Below are positions 7,024-16,795 of a stretch of DNA of 31,586 nt, piece after piece (position 1 is the first letter of the stretch; each line of letters opens with the position of its first letter). Below the pieces are notes generated by a model. The model did no database searches. It had not been told where the DNA came from and saw only the letters and a list, made by a program, of their open reading frames with translations. This DNA is from Nanobdellota archaeon (lineage in GTDB: Archaea; Nanobdellota; Nanobdellia; Woesearchaeales; GW2011-AR4): positions 1 to 31,586 of the forward strand of contig JBBSWH010000017.1 in the NCBI GenBank assembly GCA_038046385.1, read 5' to 3'. The translations under genes were made by a program, and so were the position numbers.

Positions 7024-7563
7024 ATGGCAAAACTAAGATGCTTCACAGCTTACAGGAATACAAAGAGGCCTTACACAAGAGTTTCAAAATTCAAGGCAAA
7101 GTCCTACATAAGGATGGTTCCTAACGTAAAAGTCGTTAGATTCGAAACAGGATCTCCTGGAAAAGCCTTCGGCTGGCTATTAAGCCTTAATTCAAAATCA
7201 CAGCTGAACATAAGAGATCATGCTCTTGAAAGCGCAAGACAAACTTCTAACAAACTTCTTGAAACATCAATCGGCGTTGGTTCATTCCACCTTAAAGTAA
7301 AATCTTATCCTTATCACGTCATGAGAGAGCACGCGCTTGCAGCAGGAGCTGGAGCAGACCGTTTCTCGTCAGGAATGGCTCACGCTTTCGGCAAACCGAT
7401 AGGAGTTGCTGCAAGAGTCATGAAAGGCCAGACTATTTTTGAAGTAAGTGTTGACAAACAGAATCTTCCGGTTGCAAAACAGGCGCTTGAAAGAGCATCA
7501 AAAAAGCTCCCGTGCGCATGCACAATAGTCATATCAGAAAAAAAAGCAGTAGAGAAAAAATAA
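7024..7563 (+). CDS. rpl10e: 50S ribosomal protein uL16 (L10e)
   Basis: RPYTR, IRDHALESAR, YPYHVMREH..AGAGADR.SSGM..AFGKP.G.AARV and A..KLP motifs. Confidence 0.96.
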   Translation: MAKLRCFTAYRNTKRPYTRVSKFKAKSYIRMVPNVKVVRFETGSPGKAFGWLLSLNSKSQLNIRDHALESARQTSNKLLETSIGVGSFHLKVKSYPYHVMREHALAAGAGADRFSSGMAHAFGKPIGVAARVMKGQTIFEVSVDKQNLPVAKQALERASKKLPCACTIVISEKKAVEKK

Positions 7564-7588
7564 GTTTCTTTTTTAAAAAGGGGTTTAA

Positions 7589-8641
7589 ATGAACATAGGC
7601 GCATATTTTGAGTTCATAAAACAGCATAACTACATTTATTCTATTTTGATTCTGGTAGTATTCTTTGCATTATCCAGGATTTTGGTATGGGTGTCTGAAA
7701 AGATAATACTTAGGATTACAAAAAAGACAAAAACGGACCTCGATGATATCATTGTAAAAAGGCTTGACCACCCGATTTCATTGATACTTTTTTTTGCCGG
7801 CATCAGGATTGCGCTGGTTCCTTTGGGAATGAAACAATCTGTTCTTGACCCGATTGAAAATATAATAAAATCCATTATTGTAATGATAGTTACTTACATT
7901 GTTGTAGCCATATTCGATATTTTGATAGATAAATGGGGCCGCACAGTTGCAGCAAAAACAGAATCCACTTTTGATGACCAGCTTGTTCCGATATTCCACA
8001 GGTTTTCAAGAATCTTCATCTCAGTTGTCGGGCTTCTTTTCATTTTGCCTGTTTGGGGAATACAAATAGGCCCATTGCTCGCAAGCCTTGGAATCGCTGG
8101 AATCGCAATTGCATTTGCTTTACAAAGCACCCTTGGCAATGTATTTGGCGGCATGTCAATAATATTTGACAAAAGCGTCAAAGTTGGAGATAAAATAAAA
8201 ATAGACGCAGACACAATGGGAACTGTCGAAGATGTCGGATTAAGAAGCACAAAGATAAGAACATGGGACAACGAGATGATAACCATCCCAAACGGCAAGC
8301 TTGCAGAGTCAAAGATACTGAACTTTATGCAGCCAGACCCATCTGTCAAGGTCACGATTGATTTTGGCGTTGAATACGGTTCAGATCCAAATCAGGTAAG
8401 GGAAATTGTTTTAGGCACAATAAAAAAGATTCCGAATGTGATAAGGCAAAATGAAACAAGAGTGCTCATGATGGAAATGGGGGATTTTGCAATGAAGTTC
8501 AGGGCAGCTTTCTGGGTTAATGATTTCGACATCAAGTTTGACACGAAATGCCTTGCAACAGAAGAAATCTACAATGCATTAAGAAGCAACGGAATCGTAA
8601 TACCTTTCCCGACAAGAACAGTATATCTAAAGAAAGAATAA
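7589..8641 (+). CDS. mscS: Small-conductance mechanosensitive channel
   Basis: LLASLGIAGIAIAFALQSTLGN, KVGD.I, GTVEDVGLRSTKIRT.DNE.ITIPN and IPFP motifs. Confidence 0.95.
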   Translation: MNIGAYFEFIKQHNYIYSILILVVFFALSRILVWVSEKIILRITKKTKTDLDDIIVKRLDHPISLILFFAGIRIALVPLGMKQSVLDPIENIIKSIIVMIVTYIVVAIFDILIDKWGRTVAAKTESTFDDQLVPIFHRFSRIFISVVGLLFILPVWGIQIGPLLASLGIAGIAIAFALQSTLGNVFGGMSIIFDKSVKVGDKIKIDADTMGTVEDVGLRSTKIRTWDNEMITIPNGKLAESKILNFMQPDPSVKVTIDFGVEYGSDPNQVREIVLGTIKKIPNVIRQNETRVLMMEMGDFAMKFRAAFWVNDFDIKFDTKCLATEEIYNALRSNGIVIPFPTRTVYLKKE

Positions 8642-11158
8642 TCACTCTTTAAGTATTTCTTTTATTACCTTATATGCCTGTTCGTATTTGTCGATATCCA
8701 GCAAGTCAACATGCAATGTGCTGAACTGGCCGCATGTTCCGTTTACAAAATACTGCTTTGAATTCTCTGCTGCAGCGTTCTTTGCAAGCACTATTCCGTC
8801 GCCATCTTCAGTATCCATACTGCAGCCAACGCCTATAACAGAATACATCTTGGCTTTCTGCGGCTGGCCTGAAGGATCATTAAGCTTGTTTATGAAAATG
8901 CTGTTTGACTGCATGTCTTGGCATTCCCTGTTCTCTCCGATCAATCCGCAGTAGTCTCCGGTTTTTCCGGAAATGCCTTTGTTTGGGGTGCCGACCATTA
9001 TAAGTTTTTCAACATCATCATCACCAAATATCTGCATGTACCTTCTCGCCACCAAACCTCCCATTGAATGGGCTATTATTTCAACTTTTGGCTTGCCTGT
9101 CCTTTCTTTGACAATCTGGATGATATCCTTTAATCTTAATGCATAAGCGTCTATATTCTCGCTTTTAGTTGGGATGACTATATATTGATCATCCTGCCTA
9201 AAGGCATCATAATAATAGCTCGCCTTCACAGTAACCGGCTTTCCTGACAATCCCCATGTTCCTTTTGCAACCTGCTCGTTTTTCGAGTATAATGAGACTA
9301 TGCCTGCATTGATGTAACCGTCTTCCTGCAGCTTGTATTGCAGCTTGTTAAAAGCGTCAAGCGAATATTCAGGGGAGTTGTCTTTTGCAAACGAATGTCC
9401 GTGAAGCAATATTATTGGGAACGATTTTGGGTCATTCATGCATGAATCATCATTGCAGCAGGGTTTGCATTCATTAAAAATGCAGCACAAAGGAAGATTA
9501 TCCGATAATTGCGTTTCGATGCTCGAAGTTATGTTGTACTGAACCGGAGCTATTGCTTCAAAATTAAACTCCTGCGTTCTTTTTTTTGCAGACTCAACGG
9601 CAGAGCATTTCTCGAGCATCTCCAGTGTTTCATCGGAAGCTTTTATTTTTGATAACAAGTGAAGCGATAGATTTTCATTTGCAATAAAAGCGGTTGTTTC
9701 TGTTATATTTGACGGGATTCTTTGAGAAGCTGCTTCAATTACATCATTTAATGCCTCTTTTTTTGCCTCTTCAAAAGAAGTGTAGTATGAGTTGTTTATG
9801 TTCTGCAAAAGAGTATTTGTATAGTTTATCACTAACGCCTCAAATGATTTTGTTGCGGGAAATTTTATTTTTCCATCATCTATTTTTTTCAGCGAGTCTT
9901 CTGCAATTTGACTGTAGGAACTGTTAATCTCCATCAGTTTTATGCAGTTTTCATTCAATATTGAAGTATCCGGATAATTGCCTGCAAATTCAGTTGTATT
10001 GCCTATGGTGTTTTTTAATGAAGCAATTTCATTGCAATTCCCCTGTAGCACGCACATAACATTCTTTTCAAAATCAGCCTGATAAGCTATTCCGAAAAAC
10101 AATTCCAAAGCAGGGGTTCTCAATTCATTTTCAATGCTATTCTCGCCTGCCGCAAGTTCTGCTGTTTTCTCCATTGCAGACGGATAATCGCTGAATGTGT
10201 TGTTTGAAAATGAAGCTGCAAACTTATTGAATGCCATTATGTTTTCATTAAGGGAATTTGCAATGCCTGCATTGTTTACTGCAGCTGCAATAGAATTCAG
10301 CCGGTCAATCTTTTTGTTGAGCTCTGCAAGAGCTGAAAATATTGAATTATGGATGCCTATAGTATTCTGCATGGAATCCTCAAGATTGTTTATTGAGTTT
10401 CTAATCAGTCCAAGAGTGATGAGGTAGCTCTCATTGTAAATACCGTTGAGCTTCACATATGATTCTTTGAACCATAATGCCCTTAAATTCTCGACATCAA
10501 GCCCCAATATGTCAAATTCCTGATCTATTGAATTTTTTTGCCCTGAAAGGTTCAGGAAGTTTGCCTTAATCCCAATCTCATAATATTTTCTGTCTGCCTG
10601 CTGGCGCATGACATCGACTTCTGCAAGCGTTTGCAGCATCTGCGTTATATTCTGCTTTAGCTTTTGCTTTAGCTCTGTTTCTGTCTGCGTCAGGTAATAA
10701 TTTACTGTTATGAATGATGAGCGCATTTTTTCGCTGCTGTCGGTGAAGCATATGAATGACTTTTGGCTCCTGCATCTTGCTTCAAAATTGTATATATCCT
10801 GCCCGCTCCCCATGCGATTTGCCTTTATTTCATAAGATTTAGAAAAGTGCTCCTTGTTGGAAAGCAAAAAGCTGCCGTTGTCGACAACAATATTCCTGCT
10901 CCTGTCATAAAATGAATATGAGCACGACGCTTTGCAGCTCGGAGAATTTTCAAGATATACATCGAAGTCTATATTGCTTACATTGCCGTAGTTCATATCA
11001 ATTGATTTCTGCAGCGGATTGAGATATATGATAGGCTCATTTCCAAGAAAGAAATTTATCTGCTGATTAAAAAAAACAAAGGAGTATATCAATACTAATA
11101 CTATGGCTGCAACTATTAAAAATTCATATTTCTTCCAGAAAGATATTTCCCCAGCCAC
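8642..11158 (-). CDS. Large membrane-anchored protein with C-terminal alpha/beta hydrolase (lipase/PGAP1-like)
   Basis: N-terminal TM helix, long helical stalk and Cys-rich linker, then PIILLHGH, IIAHSMGG, GTPNKG, DGDGIV and a terminal His. GTG at 11158 is preferred to the track start of 11230, but the start is uncertain. Confidence 0.85.
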   Translation of the reverse strand: MAGEISFWKKYEFLIVAAIVLVLIYSFVFFNQQINFFLGNEPIIYLNPLQKSIDMNYGNVSNIDFDVYLENSPSCKASCSYSFYDRSRNIVVDNGSFLLSNKEHFSKSYEIKANRMGSGQDIYNFEARCRSQKSFICFTDSSEKMRSSFITVNYYLTQTETELKQKLKQNITQMLQTLAEVDVMRQQADRKYYEIGIKANFLNLSGQKNSIDQEFDILGLDVENLRALWFKESYVKLNGIYNESYLITLGLIRNSINNLEDSMQNTIGIHNSIFSALAELNKKIDRLNSIAAAVNNAGIANSLNENIMAFNKFAASFSNNTFSDYPSAMEKTAELAAGENSIENELRTPALELFFGIAYQADFEKNVMCVLQGNCNEIASLKNTIGNTTEFAGNYPDTSILNENCIKLMEINSSYSQIAEDSLKKIDDGKIKFPATKSFEALVINYTNTLLQNINNSYYTSFEEAKKEALNDVIEAASQRIPSNITETTAFIANENLSLHLLSKIKASDETLEMLEKCSAVESAKKRTQEFNFEAIAPVQYNITSSIETQLSDNLPLCCIFNECKPCCNDDSCMNDPKSFPIILLHGHSFAKDNSPEYSLDAFNKLQYKLQEDGYINAGIVSLYSKNEQVAKGTWGLSGKPVTVKASYYYDAFRQDDQYIVIPTKSENIDAYALRLKDIIQIVKERTGKPKVEIIAHSMGGLVARRYMQIFGDDDVEKLIMVGTPNKGISGKTGDYCGLIGENRECQDMQSNSIFINKLNDPSGQPQKAKMYSVIGVGCSMDTEDGDGIVLAKNAAAENSKQYFVNGTCGQFSTLHVDLLDIDKYEQAYKVIKEILKE

Positions 11159-11426
11159 AAAACTATAAGTTGAAAGGTTGATTAAATATGTTTCGGGCTG
11201 TAAACTAGAACTGCAGCGAGTTTTACTCATAATTTTCTATATTGATAATAATAAAGTTACTATATGCTTACATATATAAAATAGAAAGCTTTAAATATAA
11301 GTTATCCCCTTTAATATACATATTTGTATACTACTATATTATACAAGTAAGAGTAAACGTAGGGGAAATGCTATTGTAATTGTAAAGAAAACGTAAGAGC
11401 AGTAGCTGTCTAAAAATACAGGCAGG

Positions 11427-11476
11427 TTTAGGATGCTGACAAGAATAGAAATTTAGGATACTGATAAGAATAAAAT
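11427..11476 (+). repeat. 25-bp imperfect tandem duplication upstream of antiporter
   Basis: TTTAGGATGCTGACAAGAATAGAAA followed by TTTAGGATACTGATAAGAATAAAAT (21/25 identical). Confidence 0.8.
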
Positions 11477-11485
11477 ACAATTAAA

Positions 11486-13213
11486 ATGGCAACTGAACTC
11501 ATTAGCTTAGGGATACTATTCTTCTGCGCAGTAATCGGCGGAATAATTGCAACAAAATTCAAGCAGCCTGCAGTATTCGGACTTTTGCTGGTTGGCGCAA
11601 TAATAGGGCCACATTCATTCAACATAGTCAAAGATGTGAACATGATAACAATGATGGCCGATTTTGGAGCTATCCTTTTGCTGTTCGTAATCGGGCTTGA
11701 GTTTGATTTTTCAAAGCTTGCAAAGACTGGCGCAAGATCATTAATAATAGGGCTTCTGAAATTTGCAATAGTATTATTTTTGGGATTTGAAGCAACAATG
11801 CTTCTTGGGTTTGGAATAAAGGCTGCGCTTTTCATGGGAGTTATACTGTCATTCAGCAGCACAGTTGTCATTGTAAAGGTTCTCGAGCAGAAAGAGATGT
11901 TTAGCAGGAAAGAAGTTCCTCTTCTGGTGGCTATATTAGTAATAGAAGACATAATAGCAGTTCTTGCATTGACATTCTTTTCCGGAATGAAGGATGCTGG
12001 CAGCGGGATAATACCATTGTTTGAAAAAGTAATATTTGCAATAGCTGTTTTGGTATTTGCTTATTTTATAACAATGAAGCTTCTAAGAAAATCAACCAAT
12101 TTAATATTAAAGAACAACACCGATGAATCAGTATTTGCATTTTTATCGCTTGGGCTTGGAGCGTTGTTCAGCTACCTTGCATTTTACCTAGGATTAACGC
12201 CTTCAGCGGGAGCATTCCTTGCAGGAAGCCTTATCGCATCCCTTCCAAACTCAAAAGAATACGGAAAAGCAATCCACCCTTACGCTTTGATATTCACTGC
12301 GATATTTTTCATCTCAATGGGCACCCTTGTTGACTTTGATGTCATAAGGTCCAACATACCCTTGATAGGCGTATTGATAGCTACAATATTCCTATCAAGG
12401 TTCATTGCAATAGGATTCCTTACCTTTTTGCTTGCAAACTTCAAGAATGACCAGCCGTTTTTCTCGAGCATAGCAATGATGTCAATCGGGGAATTTTCAC
12501 TGCTTGTCGCAAAGGAAAGCAAGAACTTCAATGTCGGAATAGACCTTGTAACAATAACTGCTGCAATAATATTCTTAAGCGCAATAATGATGTCAATCGG
12601 AATAAATTACAGCGAAAAAATGCATTCCGGCTTCAAGTCAAGAGTTCCATTAAAAACCAAATTCAAGCTTGACAGAATATCAGGGTATATGAGGGGATTC
12701 TTTGACCAGATGGAAATAGAAACATTTTTCACAAAAAAATTAAGGATAGAATTTAAGTCAGCATCCATGCATCTTGTTGCTATTGTGTTCCTCGTTATAG
12801 CGCTCAGAAGGCTTTCAGTTCCTGTAAAAGATTACTCTGTTTTGCTCTCTTACGCATTTTATGCAGTATGCTTTGCAGCAGTTGCTTATTCGCTAAAATT
12901 GCTGTTCACAAGATTAAAATCAATACACTACACCTTGTCTGTAATACTTACAAACGTTGACTCGTCAAGGAACATAAAAAAGTGCACATACATCCTAAAC
13001 AACTTATTGATTGCACTTTTATTCCTGTTTGCAGCAATGTTTTTCCCGTTTGCAATGTTTGCATTCAACTTGGGCTCATGGTCCAATTTCGTTTCGATAG
13101 GACTTATGATACTGTCAGTTTATTATTTCAGGAACATAATGCTGCTGATTGAAGGCGTTCGCAACATACCGAGCTACAATGCAGGAGTCATAGCCGCTTC
13201 GAAATTTTCGTAA
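11486..13213 (+). CDS. CPA2-family cation:proton antiporter with C-terminal membrane extension
   Basis: G.ILLLFVIGLEF, LSFSSTVVIVK, ILVIEDI, GAFLAG, FFISMG and GEFSL motifs. No RCK domain; about four extra TM segments. Confidence 0.9.
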   Translation: MATELISLGILFFCAVIGGIIATKFKQPAVFGLLLVGAIIGPHSFNIVKDVNMITMMADFGAILLLFVIGLEFDFSKLAKTGARSLIIGLLKFAIVLFLGFEATMLLGFGIKAALFMGVILSFSSTVVIVKVLEQKEMFSRKEVPLLVAILVIEDIIAVLALTFFSGMKDAGSGIIPLFEKVIFAIAVLVFAYFITMKLLRKSTNLILKNNTDESVFAFLSLGLGALFSYLAFYLGLTPSAGAFLAGSLIASLPNSKEYGKAIHPYALIFTAIFFISMGTLVDFDVIRSNIPLIGVLIATIFLSRFIAIGFLTFLLANFKNDQPFFSSIAMMSIGEFSLLVAKESKNFNVGIDLVTITAAIIFLSAIMMSIGINYSEKMHSGFKSRVPLKTKFKLDRISGYMRGFFDQMEIETFFTKKLRIEFKSASMHLVAIVFLVIALRRLSVPVKDYSVLLSYAFYAVCFAAVAYSLKLLFTRLKSIHYTLSVILTNVDSSRNIKKCTYILNNLLIALLFLFAAMFFPFAMFAFNLGSWSNFVSIGLMILSVYYFRNIMLLIEGVRNIPSYNAGVIAASKFS

Positions 13214-13244
13214 TAAAAACAATATAGCAAAACTTACTTCACAC

Positions 13245-13284
13245 AGCTGCCATCCTTTCACTCTGATGGCAGCTTCCTTTTTTT
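13245..13284 (+). terminator. Hairpin plus T-tract downstream of antiporter
   Basis: AGCTGCCATC (13245-13254) pairs with GATGGCAGCT (13265-13274), followed by TCCTTTTTTT. Confidence 0.65.
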
Positions 13285-13360
13285 ATACATAGCCAATTCC
13301 AACCAAACCTTTTTAAATCGGGTAATTCTCCATCCACTATAATCAGGAGGTTAATTCAAT

Positions 13361-13774
13361 ATGGCAAGTTTTAAATTATGCATTTCAGATCCGGCAACAG
13401 GAAAGACATTCCAAAAGGAAGTCAAAGAGGGCATGGCAAAGCCATTTATGGGCCTTAACATAGGCGAAACAGTCACAGGCGACAATTTCGAGCTTGCAGG
13501 ATACGAATTCAAGATAACAGGCGGATCAGACTACTGCGGCTTTCCAATGAGGAGAGGAATTCTTGGAATGAGAAAAAAGATAGCTCTTTACGGCGGAATC
13601 GGATTCAAGGGCGCTGAAAAAGGCATAAAGAAAAGAAAGACAGTCTGCGGCCACAAAGTTCACGATAAAATAGCGCAAATCAACCTTAAGGTAACAAAAC
13701 AGGGCGCAAAGAAGCTTGCAGAAGCCTTCGGAGTTTCAGACGCGCCAAAGGAAGAAAAGGCAGAGAAGAAGTAA
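13361..13774 (+). CDS. rps6e: 30S ribosomal protein eS6
   Basis: FKL.ISDP.TGK, ITGGSD..GFPMR, K.RKTV.G and QINLKV motifs; SD AGGAGG; upstream of aIF2-gamma as is usual in archaea. Confidence 0.96.
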   Translation: MASFKLCISDPATGKTFQKEVKEGMAKPFMGLNIGETVTGDNFELAGYEFKITGGSDYCGFPMRRGILGMRKKIALYGGIGFKGAEKGIKKRKTVCGHKVHDKIAQINLKVTKQGAKKLAEAFGVSDAPKEEKAEKK

Positions 13775-13919
13775 TTTCTTTATCTATCACATTTTTATAC
13801 TAACACTTTATACTAATATATTCACGGGTGGGTGGAGGGCTTCACGCCCAGACTTAAAGTGCAGCAATAAACTTCCCTCCCTTAAAATTCAAAGCAAACT
13901 GATAAAATAAAAACAACTT

Positions 13920-15188
13920 ATGGTTAAGAAGAAAAAAGAAGCATCAGAAAACGATCTGCCGGAGCAGCCTGTAATAAACATAGGCATGGTCGGCCACGTT
14001 GATCACGGCAAGACAACACTTCTAGAAAGATTATCCGGAAAATGGACAGACACTCATTCTGAAGAATTAAAGAGAGGAATCACAATAAGGCTTGGATACG
14101 CAGATGTAGTTTTCAGGAAATGCGCAAAATGCAAGGGCGCTAACGCATACACAACCAAGGAAACATGCGCAACATGCAACGAGCCAACTGCCCCTTTAAG
14201 AAAAGTAAGCTTTGTCGACGCGCCAGGACACGAATCTTTGATGGCAACGATGCTTTCGGGCGCCACAATAATGGACGGCGCTTTGCTTCTTGTTGCTGCA
14301 AACGAGCAGTGCCCGCAGCCGCAGACAAGAGAGCATCTGCAGGCGCTTGAGATAATCGGAATTAAGAACCTCATAATAGTGCAAAACAAGATTGACATGG
14401 CCGGCGAAGAGCAGGCACTGAAAAATTACCAGCAGATTAAGGATTTTATCAAAGGAAGCAGCTTTGAAAATGCGCCTATAATACCAATTTCAGCCCAGCA
14501 CCGTGTTGGATTAGGATTTCTGATACAGGCAATTGACGAAAATATCCCGACGCCAAAAAGAGACAGTGAAAAAGAGCCAATGATGCTCATTGCAAGGAGC
14601 TTCGATATTAACAAGCCAGGAATAATTCCGGAAAAGCTTGTTGGAGGAGTTCTTGGCGGAAGCTTAAGGCAGGGAATTCTTAAAGTAGGCGATACAATCG
14701 AGATAAGGCCTGGAAGGGTTATTATTGAAAAAAACCAGCAGGTCTGGAAGCCAATAACAGCAAAAATAGTAAGCTTAAACACAGGCGGTTCGAGTTTAAA
14801 TCAAGTCGGTCCAGGCGGCTCAATCGGAGTTTTGACATCATTGGATCCTTCTGTTGTCAAGTCAGACCAGTTAACCGGCGCAATTGCCGGAATTCCGGGA
14901 AAAATTCCAAAGGTATGGAACGAATTAACCCTAGAGGTTCATCTCCTTAAAAGAGTTGTCGGAACAAAAGACGAGCTTGTTGTTGAGCCAATCAAGCTTA
15001 ACGAGCCGTTGATGCTTAACGTAAACTCAGCAGCAACTGTGGGATTTGTAGGTGAATTGAAGAAAAACAAAGTCACATGCAAACTGAAACTGCCTGTGTG
15101 TGCAGACGTAAAATCACGCGTCACAATCTCAAGAAGGATAGGCAACAGATTCAGGCTTATAGGGTACGGGGAGATTGTAGATAAGTAA
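13920..15188 (+). CDS. eif2g: Translation initiation factor aIF2 subunit gamma
   Basis: GHVDHGKTT, EELKRGITIRLGYA, zinc knuckle CxxC..CxxC, DAPGHE, QNKID and RLIGYG motifs. Confidence 0.98.
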   Translation: MVKKKKEASENDLPEQPVINIGMVGHVDHGKTTLLERLSGKWTDTHSEELKRGITIRLGYADVVFRKCAKCKGANAYTTKETCATCNEPTAPLRKVSFVDAPGHESLMATMLSGATIMDGALLLVAANEQCPQPQTREHLQALEIIGIKNLIIVQNKIDMAGEEQALKNYQQIKDFIKGSSFENAPIIPISAQHRVGLGFLIQAIDENIPTPKRDSEKEPMMLIARSFDINKPGIIPEKLVGGVLGGSLRQGILKVGDTIEIRPGRVIIEKNQQVWKPITAKIVSLNTGGSSLNQVGPGGSIGVLTSLDPSVVKSDQLTGAIAGIPGKIPKVWNELTLEVHLLKRVVGTKDELVVEPIKLNEPLMLNVNSAATVGFVGELKKNKVTCKLKLPVCADVKSRVTISRRIGNRFRLIGYGEIVDK

Positions 15189-15246
15189 TCACTTTCTAGT
15201 AGTATAAATACAAACATTTAAATATACTTACTCTCTTTTAATTCTT

Positions 15247-15570
15247 ATGAGGGTGGCATTCGGACTGTTGTTTGTAATTATTGCAATATTCTCATTTAGC
15301 TTTGCTGCTGTAAAGATGAATAGCATTCTGGATGATAAGAATACAGATAAAAAAAGCCCTGTTGAATTCAGCACATTTACATCAGCTGTCTGCAATAATG
15401 ACGGAAATTTTGTAAACTGCAAGGATGAAATGTTTGTGCAGTGCAACGGAAAAGTTTCAAAAGCAGACGAAATTAAAGACTGCAACGGATTCAGCCTTGA
15501 TTCAAATAAAATAACTGGGCTTGCTGTTTTTGAAAAAGAATGGAACGACCCAAGGAACGAAGTGAATTGA
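15247..15570 (+). CDS. Small secreted or membrane-anchored hypothetical protein
   Basis: N-terminal hydrophobic helix, four Cys and a C-terminal W.DPR. Confidence 0.7.
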   Translation: MRVAFGLLFVIIAIFSFSFAAVKMNSILDDKNTDKKSPVEFSTFTSAVCNNDGNFVNCKDEMFVQCNGKVSKADEIKDCNGFSLDSNKITGLAVFEKEWNDPRNEVN

Positions 15571-15571
15571 A

Positions 15572-16153
15572 ATGCAGCCAACAGATAGCCAGCCGGGATT
15601 AGTGGGATTGATAGATAGGTATGAGCATGAACTCACTTCTAGCGAAGACCTAAGCCTTTTTGGATTTTCCACAGAATTGGCAGGCCTTGACACATTCAAT
15701 TATGATTCAGCCTCAAGGGCATCAATAACAGAGATCATGCACGAAAGGGAATTTAACCAAAATTCAAGGAATAGAGTATACCGGCACGCAATAAGGAGGG
15801 AAGCTGTGAATGCAGTGCCAGATAGAACTGCAGGAGGGCACATCTTCAGCCTTATGGAAATTATGCTTCTTGGAGATAACTATGCAGAAAATTCAATAAG
15901 CCCTGAAGCGCAAAGAAAACAAATTGTTTCCGCTTTAGCCGGCACCGTGCCGCAAAATTCATTAAATAGTTACCTTGAATCAATGAGTTTAAGGTATGAA
16001 GACATTTTAAAATCAATAGAAAGAAACCGCAAATCCGAAAAAGGAGTATGGGAAAAAATATCTGGAGAAGATCACTATCCGGTTTTTTTGAGAGAAAAAA
16101 ATCTATTTGATAGGTTTAAGATTGATGCGGCTAATCTTTACCATAAACCGTGA
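15572..16153 (+). CDS. Hypothetical protein
   Basis: 193-aa ORF abutting the previous gene; no motif recognised. Confidence 0.6.
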   Translation: MQPTDSQPGLVGLIDRYEHELTSSEDLSLFGFSTELAGLDTFNYDSASRASITEIMHEREFNQNSRNRVYRHAIRREAVNAVPDRTAGGHIFSLMEIMLLGDNYAENSISPEAQRKQIVSALAGTVPQNSLNSYLESMSLRYEDILKSIERNRKSEKGVWEKISGEDHYPVFLREKNLFDRFKIDAANLYHKP

Positions 16154-16169
16154 TTAAAAAATTTAGAAA

Positions 16170-16715
16170 TTAATCCGCTTTCTTAACCTTCAGCGCAGTT
16201 TTAATTGCCCTGTCGCTGATTATTGCTGAATTTCCGGAAGGGTCTTCAATTATTATCTTCTGCTTTTCATGCCCGCAGGTTATCTTCAGTATTTTTTTAA
16301 GCATGTTCCTGGACTTTTTCTTTTCTTCCTCGTCTTCTTCTGAGTCCCTTGCAAATTCGACCTGGTGCTTGACCCTGTTAAGGATGCCCTCTATATTAGT
16401 CACAAATCCCTGCGCTGCAGGGCCTGATGTTATTGTTACAATATGCGGAATCTTGACAGTTGCCTCTGCTGATTTTACAACGCGAACTTTCATGTCCTCT
16501 GCGCTGGATATCTCAAACTCGTATTTGCAAGGTTCTTTTCGGTCAACAGCCTCAATATCTGCTTTGTGGTACTTGCAATTGCTGCAGGTCATTGAAAACA
16601 TCATGATTTTTCCAAAATAAGGCACTTCCGTGTCTCTTTCTGTGAGAACCAATGTCTTTTCGCGGCATAACGGGCACGCTTCATGCTCCATTTCCGCTTC
16701 TGTTTCTTCAGCCAT
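16170..16715 (-). CDS. ZPR1-like zinc finger protein
   Basis: CPLC...VPYFG...CSNC.Y, RVVKS, TNIEGIL and IEDPSGNS motifs. Confidence 0.95.
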   Translation of the reverse strand: MAEETEAEMEHEACPLCREKTLVLTERDTEVPYFGKIMMFSMTCSNCKYHKADIEAVDRKEPCKYEFEISSAEDMKVRVVKSAEATVKIPHIVTITSGPAAQGFVTNIEGILNRVKHQVEFARDSEEDEEEKKKSRNMLKKILKITCGHEKQKIIIEDPSGNSAIISDRAIKTALKVKKAD

Positions 16716-16795
16716 GCATTAAAACAGAAAGTGTTTCTTTTTATAGTTTTTGTTTTTGTAGAAACCAATATAAATAAAATAAAATTACCAAGATT

